NCBI GenBank assembly: GCA_964490215.1
Contig: CAZBAM010000002.1
Span: forward strand, 12,403-76,402
Length of the DNA: 64,000 nucleotides
Source of the DNA: Candidatus Micrarchaeota archaeon
GTDB lineage: Archaea > Micrarchaeota > Micrarchaeia > Anstonellales > Bilamarchaeaceae
Direction: 5' to 3'
Shown: in pieces, positions 37,635 to 46,848 of the stretch
Layout of the letters: each line of letters starts with the position of its first letter
Numbering within the stretch: position 1 is the stretch's first letter
The notes under the pieces: model-generated
Database searches by the model: none
What the model was told of the DNA's origin: nothing
The model's input: only the letters and a program-made list of their open reading frames with translations
Translations under genes and position numbers: made by a program

Positions 37635-38543
37635 ATGCCGGATAAGATGCCTGAGCGTGTGAGCTTCTTTGACGCCATGGAGGCCAACAAGCGCAACACG
37701 TTCATCCTCATCGCCGCAATGTTCGTCATTTTCCTGGCGCTCATGGCCGCGCTCTCCTACGTGTTCGGGCTCGGGGTGTACGGCCCTGCGCTGGGTTTCG
37801 CATTCCTCGTTTTCTACATGCTCGTCACCTACTACCAGGGCGACGCCGTCATACTCGCCCTCAGCGGCGCAAAGCAGGCCACCCGCGGCGATTACCACTT
37901 CCTCTACAACGTCGTGGAGGGCCTGGCGCTCGCCTCCTCGGTCCCGGTGCCGAAGCTCTACGTCATAGAAGACCCGGCGCCCAACGCGTTCGCAACGGGC
38001 AGGGATCCGCAGCACGCTTCTGTGGCCGTCACCACCGGCCTGCTGTCCATGATGAAGCGCGAGGAGCTTGAGGGCGTGCTGGCGCACGAGATGTCGCACG
38101 TGGCCAACTACGACATCCGCTTCGCGATGGTCGCCATAGTGTTCGCAGGCGCCATCGCGCTGCTGGGCGAGTTCGCGCTGCGCTCCATGCTGTTCGGCGG
38201 TGCCAGGGGAGGGGACAGGCGCAGGGGCGGAGGCGAGGGCATCCTTCTCGTCGTGTCGCTTGCGTTCATCGTCCTCGCGCCCATATTCGCGCAGCTCGTC
38301 CGCTTTGCCATATCGCGTGAGCGCGAATACCTCGCAGACGCGAATGGCGCGAAACTGACGAGATACCCTCCCGGCCTCGCTGGCGCGCTGGAGAAGATAA
38401 GGGCCGCGAACATCCCGACGAAAGCAGCCACGGACACCACCGCGTCGCTCTATTTCGCCAATCCGTTCCCTAACAAGATGAACCTGCTGTTCGCGTCGCA
38501 CCCAGGCATAGACGACAGGATAAAGCGGCTCAGGGCCATGTAG
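37635..38543 (+). CDS. htpX: HtpX-like M48 zinc metalloprotease
   Basis: HEMSHVANYD (HExxH) plus downstream E; four TM segments; the LemA–HtpX gene pair is conserved. Confidence 0.7.
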   Translation: MPDKMPERVSFFDAMEANKRNTFILIAAMFVIFLALMAALSYVFGLGVYGPALGFAFLVFYMLVTYYQGDAVILALSGAKQATRGDYHFLYNVVEGLALASSVPVPKLYVIEDPAPNAFATGRDPQHASVAVTTGLLSMMKREELEGVLAHEMSHVANYDIRFAMVAIVFAGAIALLGEFALRSMLFGGARGGDRRRGGGEGILLVVSLAFIVLAPIFAQLVRFAISREREYLADANGAKLTRYPPGLAGALEKIRAANIPTKAATDTTASLYFANPFPNKMNLLFASHPGIDDRIKRLRAM

Positions 38544-38658
38544 CGCCATGCAGCCGGCGGTTTCCAGTTCGCGGCACCTGCTGCGCCGTCTGTCCCCAGC
38601 AAGTTTATAAATATCGTCAGCCAATGCACTACGCAGACCTTATTCAGAGGTGCAAAAC

Positions 38659-39375
38659 ATGTACGGTGTTTCTCCCCAGGCATATGACAGAGCGATTACG
38701 GTATTCAGCCCTGACGGCAGGCTTTTCCAGGTGGAATACGCCAAGGAGGCGGTCAAGCGCGGTGCGACAGCCGTCGGCATAACCGCCAAGGACGGCGTGG
38801 CCCTGGTTGCGTTCAAGTCCATCCACACGAAGCTCGTCGTCCCGGAATCGCTCAAGAAGGTGTTCCAGGTTGATTCTCACATCTGCGTCACGGCCAGCGG
38901 CCTCATCGCGGACGCGCGCAGGCTGGTGGACGTGGCGAGGGTGGACGCCCAGCGCCACCGCATCACCTACAACGAGATGCCGACCGTGGAGTCCATAGCC
39001 CGCAGCGTGTGCGACCTGATGCAGGTCTATACGCAATACGGCGGAATCCGGCCGTTCGGCGTGTCGCTGCTCATCGCCGGCGTGGACGCGCAGGGCCCGA
39101 AGCTGTTTGAGGCAGAGCCCAGCGGCGCCATGACAGCCTACAAGGCCGATTCAATCGGCGCGAACAAGAAGGAAGTGGACGACATCCTGGAGAAGAGCTA
39201 CAAGGACACGCTCACCGTGGAAGAGGCGATAAAAATCGCGCTTGAGGCGATCCGCACCACGCAGGAGGAGAAGCTCCAGGCTGAGAACGTGGAGATATCC
39301 TACATCCCGATAAAGCCCAAGAAGGCGCTGACGCTTTCGGACAAGGAAGTCGCGAAATACCTGAAGGGCGCGTGA
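38659..39375 (+). CDS. psmA: Proteasome subunit alpha
   Basis: MYGVSPQAYDRAITVFSPDGRLFQVEYAKEAVKRG, canonical alpha-subunit N-terminus. ORF 38650 starts at GTG; ATG at 38659 with gaggtg SD-like motif and tttataaata TATA upstream. Confidence 0.8.
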   Translation: MYGVSPQAYDRAITVFSPDGRLFQVEYAKEAVKRGATAVGITAKDGVALVAFKSIHTKLVVPESLKKVFQVDSHICVTASGLIADARRLVDVARVDAQRHRITYNEMPTVESIARSVCDLMQVYTQYGGIRPFGVSLLIAGVDAQGPKLFEAEPSGAMTAYKADSIGANKKEVDDILEKSYKDTLTVEEAIKIALEAIRTTQEEKLQAENVEISYIPIKPKKALTLSDKEVAKYLKGA

Positions 39376-39377
39376 AT
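39345..39377 (+). repeat. 33-bp direct repeat copy 1 (3' end of psmA including stop codon)
   Basis: ggaagtcgcgaaatacctgaagggcgcgtgaat; second copy at 40733..40765 with 1 mismatch. Confidence 0.7.
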
Positions 39378-39443
39378 CCTTTCGTTTCCTGTTTTGGCGT
39401 TGCCAGGCTTGGTTTTGTGTCTATATGCCCCTACAAGGGCATA

Positions 39444-39455
39444 TTTTTAATAATT
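39444..39455 (+). promoter_or_regulatory. TATA-box-like element for the inserted ATPase gene, preceded by a perfect 8-bp-stem hairpin
   Basis: atatgcccctacaagggcatat hairpin then tttttaataatt; ATG at 39474. Confidence 0.4.
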
Positions 39456-39473
39456 ATGCTCCTATAAGTACAC

Positions 39474-40703
39474 ATGGCAATCCCGACCAAGAACGAAATA
39501 ATGGATTTCTCGCCGATAAACAAAGGTGGAATCGAGAACGTCCCGGAATACCGGCGAACTGCATTCAGGGAAATAGGCACGGCGCTGGATACCGGATTCA
39601 TAGTTGCGATAACCGGCCTGCGCAGGGTCGGAAAGACCACCCTGATAAAGCAGACGCTGGGAAAGAATTCATTCTATTTCTCCTTTGACGAAAAAAGATA
39701 CGCCAATCCTGACGCGCTCAGGCAGGTGATTGAAACATTCGTGAAAGAGGGCGAAAGGCCCCTCATCGCCCTGGACGAGGTGTTCAGGGTCGGGGACTGG
39801 TCCGGTTTGATAAAGCGGTACCACGACCAGAAACTGGCGCGTTTCATAGTGAGCGGATCCTCGGCGCTGGGAGTAAAGAAGGGGGTTGAAAGCCTGGCCG
39901 GAAGGATGGTGGAGAGGTACATCCAGCCTCTCAGGTTTGAAGAATACCTGGAACTTGGGGGCGAAAAGCCCGAAAGGCCTGGGCTTGCGGACCTGTTCAG
40001 GAAAGCAAAGCGGCATGAAGCCGGGTTGGAGTCGTTCCTCAGGCGCGGCTCGTTCCCTGAACTGGCCGGAAGGAAGGAAATTGATGCAACGGAGTACATA
40101 CGGACCAGTACGGTGGAAAAAATCGTATTTGACGACATACCCTCTATTTTTAAGATAGAGAATCCTTCCAAGCTGTACGACCTGTTCCGGCTGTGTGCTA
40201 CGAATTCCTCACGGCTTTTCACAGAGGTTAATCTCGCCGAGGCGCTCCAGATGGGCAGGCACGCGGTTTCGGATTACCTCCTTTATCTCCGAAAGGCGTA
40301 CCTCCTGGACGTCGTCTATCCCCAGGGGTCTCTCCAGAAGGCGCTCAAGAAGCAGAAGAAGGTCTTCGCAAAGACGGCGAGCATCTATAACGCGATTGCC
40401 GAGAACCCGAATGCCGGCCAGGCTGCCGAAACTGCGGTTTTTGACAAGCTTTCCGGTTCCGGGCCGTCATTCTACAGGGACGCGCAGAAAAGGGAGGTTG
40501 ATTTCATCTCCTCCGTCCCCATAGAAGTGAAATTCCAGTCCATCGTCCTGCGCAGTGATATAGAGAACCTCATTTATTATGCGAAAAGGCGGAAGGCAGG
40601 GAAAGCCATAGTCGTGACCGAAAACCTTTTTGATGAGAAAGATTACGACGGAGTGACCGTTACCTTCATCCCCCTGGACGTTTTCCTGCTGTTGAAGTTG
40701 TAA
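39474..40703 (+). CDS. AAA-domain ATPase with C-terminal DUF4143 (archaeal ATPase family)
   Basis: Walker A ITGLRRVGKTTL; Walker B LIALDEV; C-terminal DUF4143-like region. Confidence 0.6.
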   Translation: MAIPTKNEIMDFSPINKGGIENVPEYRRTAFREIGTALDTGFIVAITGLRRVGKTTLIKQTLGKNSFYFSFDEKRYANPDALRQVIETFVKEGERPLIALDEVFRVGDWSGLIKRYHDQKLARFIVSGSSALGVKKGVESLAGRMVERYIQPLRFEEYLELGGEKPERPGLADLFRKAKRHEAGLESFLRRGSFPELAGRKEIDATEYIRTSTVEKIVFDDIPSIFKIENPSKLYDLFRLCATNSSRLFTEVNLAEALQMGRHAVSDYLLYLRKAYLLDVVYPQGSLQKALKKQKKVFAKTASIYNAIAENPNAGQAAETAVFDKLSGSGPSFYRDAQKREVDFISSVPIEVKFQSIVLRSDIENLIYYAKRRKAGKAIVVTENLFDEKDYDGVTVTFIPLDVFLLLKL

Positions 40704-40732
40704 TCCTGCGGGCAGCCAGACGCTCCCGGGCG

Positions 40733-40765
40733 GGAAGTCGCGAAATACCTGAAGGGCTCGTGAAT
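40733..40765 (+). repeat. 33-bp direct repeat copy 2 (displaced psmA 3'-end remnant, encodes ...EVAKYLKGS*) followed by a T-rich terminator-like tract
   Basis: ggaagtcgcgaaatacctgaagggctcgtgaat then tttcgctttcactcttttctgacttttttt. Confidence 0.7.
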
Positions 40766-40811
40766 TTTCGCTTTCACTCTTTTCTGACTTTTTTTGTAGA
40801 TTGACGAAAGC

Positions 40812-41492
40812 CTACCTTACGACAGTGCCGTTGTGCTTCTTCCCGGCTATGGCGTTCTTTATGGAGTCCATCCTGTTCCCGGCCACGAAATGCGTCTCTA
40901 TCCCTGAACGGGCGATGAGCTTGCACGCCAGCATGTCAAAAACGAAGTGCGTGCCTGCCGAGCGGCTGTCGTTCTCCGCTGCGAGCTTTATCAGCTCGTT
41001 GTAGCTCATCTTCGCGAACTTTTTCGCCTTCGGGTTCTTGTTCGGGTTGCTGTCGTAGATGCCTTCCACGTTGCTGATGTTGACGAGCCGTTTCGCCCCG
41101 GTGGCCTCGGCGAGCAGGACCGCGTCGGTGTCGGTCGTGATGCCCGGGATGGTCCCGCCCATGACGACGGCCTTGTTCCTCCTGCCCTTGGCTTCCTCAA
41201 AATCCGTTATCACGTGCCTGTAAACGTCCACGCCGGCCCCGGCGAGCGCTGTTATGAGCAGCTGCGCGTTCTGCCTCGTGGAGGTTATGCCTATGGCGTC
41301 CGCCTCGTATTCGCTGGCCCCCAGCTCCCGGGCCGCGTTGGCATACACCCTGGCGATGGAGCCGCCGCCGGTCAGTATGCCGAACTCGTTCGGGCTCTCC
41401 TTTATCATCACAGCCACTGCCTTCAGGAATTTCAGCGATGGCTTGCCCTCAGGGTTTATGGTGCTTCCGCCTATTGAAAGTACGACGCGCAT
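40812..41492 (-). CDS. pyrH: Uridylate (UMP) kinase, archaeal type
   Basis: MRVVLSIGGS...; amino-acid kinase fold motifs (GGGS, VMGGT). Confidence 0.7.
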   Translation of the reverse strand: MRVVLSIGGSTINPEGKPSLKFLKAVAVMIKESPNEFGILTGGGSIARVYANAARELGASEYEADAIGITSTRQNAQLLITALAGAGVDVYRHVITDFEEAKGRRNKAVVMGGTIPGITTDTDAVLLAEATGAKRLVNISNVEGIYDSNPNKNPKAKKFAKMSYNELIKLAAENDSRSAGTHFVFDMLACKLIARSGIETHFVAGNRMDSIKNAIAGKKHNGTVVR

Positions 41493-41538
41493 GGTATGAT
41501 TGCCCTGCTGATTTTAAAAAGCATGGGCACACGCGGCG

Positions 41539-41675
41539 CTGTAGAAAAGCTCATGCGCCTTGCCGGGCTAGTCTTATCCTAGCCTCTGGACGCCCTTTGG
41601 GCACGGGACCCACCATCCCTTCGGGATGGTTCCCCCGTGCCTGTTCATGGAGGCATTTCTTATGGGATTTCTACA
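41539..41675 (+). repeat. Structured MITE-like repeat, copy A (about 137 nt; terminal inverted repeats CTGTAGAAA...TTTCTACAA; internal UUCG-capped hairpin)
   Basis: About 93% identical to the reverse complement of 49632..49828 apart from a 55-nt indel and a 10-nt patch. Confidence 0.55.
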
Positions 41676-41711
41676 AAGCCGGCACGTGCCACCGCTTTTC
41701 GGCCGCCAGGC

Positions 41712-42413
41712 CTAGTCTATGCTCTCCAAAAACCTGACCGCGAGCTCCTCAATCCTGTCGTCTGTCGCGATGCCCTCAAATGGGTCGTCGGGCGTCACTA
41801 TGTTCACGGTCACTATGTTCGCGCCGTTGAAGGAGGCGCTCTGCGCCTGCTTGAGGTCTATGCCCCCTGCCACTGAAATCAGCACGTCGTACTTGCTCCT
41901 CACCCGCTTGACGTGGACGTATCTTATGACCGTGGAATAGGTGCTCTCCTCGTCCCTTCCCCTGTGCAGGACGACCACACGTGGCGGCTTCTTCAGCCTC
42001 AGCAGCACGCGCAGCGGGTCCGCCACGCCGAGCATGTCTATGAAGGAGTCCATGCCCGCATCCTCACATGTCCTGATGAACAGGTCAAGCGTTTCCTTCG
42101 GCGCAGCGCCGCACACGGTCGCGCCGTTCGCCCCTGCCCCGGCGGCCTCCGCAGCCTCCTCTACCGCGCCGTCCATGGTCTTGATGTCAGCGACGACGTA
42201 GCCCGGCCACATGGCACGTATGAAGCGTATGGCCCTGTCCCCCTCGCGCTTTATGTACGGGGTCCCGGCCTCCACGAGAATCCGCTGGTCGCGCGGTATG
42301 CGGGGCAGCAGCCTTGAGGCCACTGAGGAGTCCTGGTTGAACGCCAGCTGGAGATACCTGTTCCTGGCATTTAGCTCCATCTCAATCCTTCTTCCTGCCG
42401 AGGAGCGTGTCAA
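41712..42413 (-). CDS. 3-hexulose-6-phosphate synthase-like (OMP-decarboxylase fold, ribulose monophosphate pathway)
   Basis: VADIKTMDGA...GGIDLKQA, comparable to HPS ADMKTMDAG...GGVKV. Confidence 0.5.
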   Translation of the reverse strand: MTRSSAGRRIEMELNARNRYLQLAFNQDSSVASRLLPRIPRDQRILVEAGTPYIKREGDRAIRFIRAMWPGYVVADIKTMDGAVEEAAEAAGAGANGATVCGAAPKETLDLFIRTCEDAGMDSFIDMLGVADPLRVLLRLKKPPRVVVLHRGRDEESTYSTVIRYVHVKRVRSKYDVLISVAGGIDLKQAQSASFNGANIVTVNIVTPDDPFEGIATDDRIEELAVRFLESID

Positions 42414-43158
42414 CTACCTTGCCGTAGTCGCTGGGCAGGAAGAGCACGATTTTCTCGGACGGGTCAGCGGCAATGTCCCTTATGGTCTGGAGCGTCCTCA
42501 GGTGGATGGCAGCCGGGGATTTGGACAGGTTCTCAGACGCCTTCCTCAGGTTCTCGGACGCCTGCAGCTCGCCCTCGGACACTATGACGGTCGCCCTCCG
42601 TTCCCTCTCTGCCTCGGCCTGCTTGGCCATGGCCCTTTTCATCTCAGACGGAAGCTCAATCTCCTGGATTTTTATCGCGGATATGTCCACGCCCCACTCG
42701 GACGTCTCGGCATCCACGATTTTCTTTATTCCCTGCGCGATCTTCTCCCTTTCCGTGAGCACGAAGTCCAGTTCGCTGTTGCCCACGACGTCGCGGAGCG
42801 CGGTCTGGGTATATTGCCTGACGGCGAAGTCAAAGTTCTGTATTTTCAGGATCGCATCCTCTAGTTTCTCCACCTTGTAATAGACGACGGTGTTGACGAG
42901 GACCGGTATGTTGTCCTTGGTTATGACCTCCTGCTTGGGCACGTCCGCTGTCATGATGCGCATGTCAACCACGCGCAACTCCTGGATCCAGGGTATGACA
43001 ATCGTTACGCCCGGCCCGACGGTGTGCACGTACTTGCCGAGCTGGAACAGTATGCCGGCCTGGTACTGCATGAGCACCCGTATGGAGCCGAAAAGGCCAA
43101 ACCCGACCAATATGACTATTGGCAATCCACAGAACGTGATGATGTCTTCTACCGCCAT
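42382..43158 (-). CDS. SPFH/band-7 (stomatin/prohibitin-like) membrane protein
   Basis: N-terminal TM then SPFH domain (...ITKDNIPVLVNTVVYYKV...); internal ATG 43158 (ORF to 43221). Confidence 0.65.
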   Translation of the reverse strand: MAVEDIITFCGLPIVILVGFGLFGSIRVLMQYQAGILFQLGKYVHTVGPGVTIVIPWIQELRVVDMRIMTADVPKQEVITKDNIPVLVNTVVYYKVEKLEDAILKIQNFDFAVRQYTQTALRDVVGNSELDFVLTEREKIAQGIKKIVDAETSEWGVDISAIKIQEIELPSEMKRAMAKQAEAERERRATVIVSEGELQASENLRKASENLSKSPAAIHLRTLQTIRDIAADPSEKIVLFLPSDYGKVVDTLLGRKKD

Positions 43159-43209
43159 GGCACACACATTCCCTCTCAATTTTATAAGTCTATCGTCCAT
43201 TCTATTGCC

Positions 43210-43764
43210 ATGGCACTTCACATCGGCATAGACAAGATAGAGAAAAAGCTTTCAGGGATGGAAAAGGAGATGGACGCGGTGCTGACCGGTAACCGGCTCA
43301 CTGTCCGCTCGTGTTCCAACGCCATAAAGGCGCTGCACGCCCACGACATCGCCGAGGCGAAGAAATCCCTTGCCGAGGCTGAGGATGGCCTGGGGAAGAT
43401 AGCGAAATACCACGACCACTTCCCGGGACAGCTTGACCACGTCTACCAGGAATACGCAGAGGCGCGCATAGTCATGTCAGCCATAGAGCTGAAGAAAATC
43501 CCGTCCATCGGCGAGCTGAAGGTGCCTGAAGTCCCGTATCTCAACGGGCTGCTGGACGCCATAGGGGAGCTGAAGAGAGAGATGTACGAGTCGCTCAGGC
43601 GGGGCAACAGGCACGAGGCAGGCGAATACTTCAAGATGATGGAGGAGATTTACGACGAGCTGCTCCCATTGCGCTTCTCCAATGCCATCCTGCCGGAGTT
43701 CAGGAGGAAGCAGGACGTGGGCCGCATGCAGATAGAGCAGGCGAGAGGGGAACTGCTTCCCTGA
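43210..43764 (+). CDS. Translin-family protein
   Basis: Helical protein with ...VPYLNGLLDAIGELKREMYESLRRG..., typical of archaeal translin. ATG 43210 inside ORF 43024; TATA-like caattttataag about 28 nt upstream. Confidence 0.45.
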   Translation: MALHIGIDKIEKKLSGMEKEMDAVLTGNRLTVRSCSNAIKALHAHDIAEAKKSLAEAEDGLGKIAKYHDHFPGQLDHVYQEYAEARIVMSAIELKKIPSIGELKVPEVPYLNGLLDAIGELKREMYESLRRGNRHEAGEYFKMMEEIYDELLPLRFSNAILPEFRRKQDVGRMQIEQARGELLP

Positions 43765-43785
43765 CGCTATGAAGAGAGTGCCGGG

Positions 43786-44172
43786 ATGGGAATGAAAATT
43801 GAACCACGCCTTGCCGAGGGAAAATACTATTTCGCCACCGTGGAAGAATCGCAACTGATGGCCATCACCGGCTATCTGGGCAGCGTGGCCGCGATTTTCC
43901 GCGAAACTGAAGGTCTTACAGTGGTCGTTTCCGAAGACGCCAAAGACGGCATTGCCGGCCTAAGCAGGAAGAAGCTCCAGGGCCCATTCGCACTCATAAC
44001 GCTCGGTGCGCAGACCGACCTTTACCTGGTCGGCTTCCTGGCTAAAATCACCGAAGCGCTCGCAAAAGAGAAAATAGCCGTGAATGCCTTCTCTGCATAT
44101 TTCCACGACCACCTTTTTGTGCCCTATGAGAGAAAAGAAGACGCGTTGCGCGTGCTCGGCAAGCTCGTCTGA
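43786..44172 (+). CDS. Small ACT-domain-like protein
   Basis: About 128 aa, beta-alpha-beta-beta-alpha-beta pattern; no strong signature. Confidence 0.3.
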   Translation: MGMKIEPRLAEGKYYFATVEESQLMAITGYLGSVAAIFRETEGLTVVVSEDAKDGIAGLSRKKLQGPFALITLGAQTDLYLVGFLAKITEALAKEKIAVNAFSAYFHDHLFVPYERKEDALRVLGKLV

Positions 44173-45048
44173 CTACCATTTGCTCTGGAAAATGCCCGCT
44201 ATCCTGAGTTTCTGGTTGCTGGCGTCCACGATTACTATCTGCTCCCCCTTTTCAAACGCCAGCGGCTGCGACAGCGTGATGTCGCTGTCGTTAAGCGTGC
44301 CTTCCACATACTGCATGTTGGTGTAGGCGTGTATCTTCCCCTTCAGCTCGTCCCTGAAGAACGGGCTCTTGGAGAACCTGCCGTTGACCACGTTGCTTAC
44401 CTCGTAGTCGTTGCGCATTGGTGCGAGTATGCCCCTCTCAAACGGTTCGCCGCTGAATACAAGCGAGACGTGCGCGCCCGCAGCCGCCTCGTCAGCCTCC
44501 TGCCCGCAGACCTGCAGGCTCCTGACCTCTATCTCCTTCTTCTCAGGCAGCGCGAACAGCCTGTCCTGCTTGCTGATTTTCCCAGACTTGACGACGCCGT
44601 GTGCGACGTGGCCGAGCGATTTCACCTGCTCTGCCTTGTGGATTAGCGCGATTACCTGCTCGCCTGCTGCTTCTGGCTGGAGCGCCTTCACCTTCGCCGC
44701 GGCAGCTGCCAGGTCAGGCATCTTCTCGTACCTGTCCAGCACAGTGCCGCCTATGGGCAGCGGGACGTTGGACACTATCACGCCCTTGTCAAGCCTGATG
44801 CTGTTGAGCGCTATTATCAGTTCGCCCACCTTCGGGCTTAGCCCGTCCACGAGCAGGACCGCGTAGTCAGCCATGGACAGCGCATAGAGGAGCGGCTGTA
44901 TCTTCTCGGGATAATTAGTCGGCTCCACCAGCGTTATGCCGGCCTCGCACGGATAAAATGTCAGCTCGTCCTTCGCAGCTTCCTTCCCTGCCAGCTTGCA
45001 GAACTGCTCCCTTAATTCCGGCTTGTCCGATAATACGGCAACCAGCAT
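44173..45048 (-). CDS. EF-Tu/EF-1alpha-like beta-barrel-domain protein lacking a canonical P-loop (GTPase-dead paralog?)
   Basis: Internal ATG 45048 with adjacent ggtgggagg SD-like motif; C-terminal domains resemble EF-Tu domains 2 and 3; no GxxxxGK(S/T). Confidence 0.3.
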   Translation of the reverse strand: MLVAVLSDKPELREQFCKLAGKEAAKDELTFYPCEAGITLVEPTNYPEKIQPLLYALSMADYAVLLVDGLSPKVGELIIALNSIRLDKGVIVSNVPLPIGGTVLDRYEKMPDLAAAAAKVKALQPEAAGEQVIALIHKAEQVKSLGHVAHGVVKSGKISKQDRLFALPEKKEIEVRSLQVCGQEADEAAAGAHVSLVFSGEPFERGILAPMRNDYEVSNVVNGRFSKSPFFRDELKGKIHAYTNMQYVEGTLNDSDITLSQPLAFEKGEQIVIVDASNQKLRIAGIFQSKW

Positions 45049-45174
45049 CCTCCCACCTCGGAATATACTGGACGGAAAGGGATTTAACCCGTGGCACGCA
45101 GCTGGCCCCACCAGTGCCCTTTTTATTGGTTTTGTGTCAAAGTCCGTGTATTCTATGTAAGAGGAGGGATAGTC

Positions 45175-46035
45175 ATGATACCTACAGTCAAGCCGCTTAG
45201 GGAACGTTATGGAGAAGTGGACAGGCTCACCGCCGGCTACAGGAAGTCCATAAAATCTCATGACCTGCTCGTGGAGCCTGTTTTCAAGGCATGCAGGTTC
45301 AATTTCTCCAGGAGTAGGACGACTATGCTGGATGCCATGTCAGGGCCGGGCGGCCTGGGCCTGGAACTGCTGGCTATGTTTGACCGGCAGCGCCCGCGAG
45401 GCAATACCAGCGAGCTTGCGATTATATTCAATGACGTGCGCAAGGAATCAATCCAGCAGATTCTCGGTGCTTTCTCGGCTTCCTTCGGCACTTTCAATTT
45501 TGATGTTTGCGAGGTTAACGCCCCCACATGTACGTTGCCTTTCAATGTGGCAGCAATGCGCTACGGGCTCACAGAGTTGACAAAAAATGACCAGGAAGCC
45601 GCACTCAAGGCCATCTACAACTGCCTTCTTCCAGGCGGAAGGCTTGTAGTCGCTGACATGACCGCTTATAATTTCTGGCAGCAGGATGGCATCACAAGGG
45701 TGCATTCCGCAAGGCAGGGGCTTGCGGGCAGGGACGTGGAGAAAGAGGGCATATGTCATATTCCGACTATTAACGAATGGACATCGCTCGCCTTCGGTGC
45801 AGGCTTTGTGAACGTTGCCATCGCATTCACCGGTACCAATGACGTGTCTGTTTCCCAGTGGGCAGGCGAGTTCGATGACGGTCCAGAGCAGAAAATCCGC
45901 ACTATGAACCGCATAATCAAAGAAACGGCTGAGGGGAACGAGTCCTTCAAGAACGGGTGCGCGGTGGAGTTCGGCCACGCGGGTGCGAGTCTGAAACTTC
46001 CAGTTATTGTCCTCACAGGGGACAAACCTGCATGA
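45175..46035 (+). CDS. Class I SAM-dependent methyltransferase (paralog 1 of a tandem pair)
   Basis: LDAMSGPGGLGLELL; LPGGRLVVADM; gaggaggg SD-like motif upstream of ATG 45175. Confidence 0.45.
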   Translation: MIPTVKPLRERYGEVDRLTAGYRKSIKSHDLLVEPVFKACRFNFSRSRTTMLDAMSGPGGLGLELLAMFDRQRPRGNTSELAIIFNDVRKESIQQILGAFSASFGTFNFDVCEVNAPTCTLPFNVAAMRYGLTELTKNDQEAALKAIYNCLLPGGRLVVADMTAYNFWQQDGITRVHSARQGLAGRDVEKEGICHIPTINEWTSLAFGAGFVNVAIAFTGTNDVSVSQWAGEFDDGPEQKIRTMNRIIKETAEGNESFKNGCAVEFGHAGASLKLPVIVLTGDKPA

Positions 46036-46057
46036 TGTGCAGGAGAGGCACAATACC

Positions 46058-46801
46058 ATGATGAAAACAAGGTTACGTCGTGAATCCTCCTGCCCTAGCC
46101 CCTTCAAGTCCCCCCGGGTCTTAGACTTCAACAAATCCACCTATGGCTTTGCCCCGCTTCTGGAGCATGTTTTCAAGGCGTGCGATTTCCAGAAGCTCGC
46201 AATCCGGCCGGCCGTGGATTTCCTGGATGCCATGTCAGGCTCAGGAACGCTCGGGCTTGCCATCAGGGAAAAGGTCAAGGCGGCCATGGCGGATAAGTTC
46301 CATCATTTCGCATTCTATTTCAACGACGTCGCTGAGGCGCCGCTGGCAAAGCTGAGAGAGACCGCGCTAATCGCGCACCGTGACATCTGCGACATAGGCA
46401 CGCGCTTCCCTGACACTTTCCACGTAGTCGCCATGCAGAATGGCATCGTTGACCTGCCAAAAGAGCGCCAGCTCCAGGCATTTCGCTCTATTTACGACTC
46501 CATGAAGCCTGGCGGAAGGCTCGTGGTGGCTGACCTGGCTTCATTGGACGAGCAGCAACAGAGTTATTTATCCTCCTTACATTTCGTTTCCGGCACGTCT
46601 GCGGCAGCCGCCCCCAGGACCCATGAGGCATACATCCCTCTCATGAAAGAATGGCACGACCTTCTCAAGTCTGCAGGCTTTAGGGAGGCTGAGTTGCCGA
46701 TTAGTGAGTTCACAATCTACTTCAGTGGTGGCACGAACAACACAGCCGTGAGATATCCGGCGATAGTCCTAGCAGCTGACAAGCCATATCCAACGGAATG
46801 A
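46058..46801 (+). CDS. Class I SAM-dependent methyltransferase (paralog 2 of the tandem pair)
   Basis: LDAMSGSGTLGLAI; MKPGGRLVVADL; aggagagg SD-like motif upstream. Confidence 0.45.
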   Translation: MMKTRLRRESSCPSPFKSPRVLDFNKSTYGFAPLLEHVFKACDFQKLAIRPAVDFLDAMSGSGTLGLAIREKVKAAMADKFHHFAFYFNDVAEAPLAKLRETALIAHRDICDIGTRFPDTFHVVAMQNGIVDLPKERQLQAFRSIYDSMKPGGRLVVADLASLDEQQQSYLSSLHFVSGTSAAAAPRTHEAYIPLMKEWHDLLKSAGFREAELPISEFTIYFSGGTNNTAVRYPAIVLAADKPYPTE

Positions 46802-46848
46802 ACAGCACAATCGTGAGATATCTACTCGCAGGGAACAAGCCCGCGTAA

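Larger units (their letters stand above)
39378..40765 (+). mobile_element. About 1.4-kb lower-GC insert flanked by 33-bp direct repeats (att-like duplication of the psmA 3' end); carries a single AAA ATPase gene; probable integrated-element remnant
   Basis: Direct repeats at 39345..39377 and 40733..40765; insert is visibly lower GC than its flanks; own TATA promoter (tttttaataatt) about 25 nt upstream of ATG 39474; T-rich terminator-like tract after the second repeat copy. Confidence 0.45.

Noticed and set aside
37043-38624. Minus-strand ORFs 37043..37744 and 37581..38624 overlapping lemA and htpX
   Set aside because: Antisense artefacts; the plus strand encodes LemA and an HExxH M48 protease.
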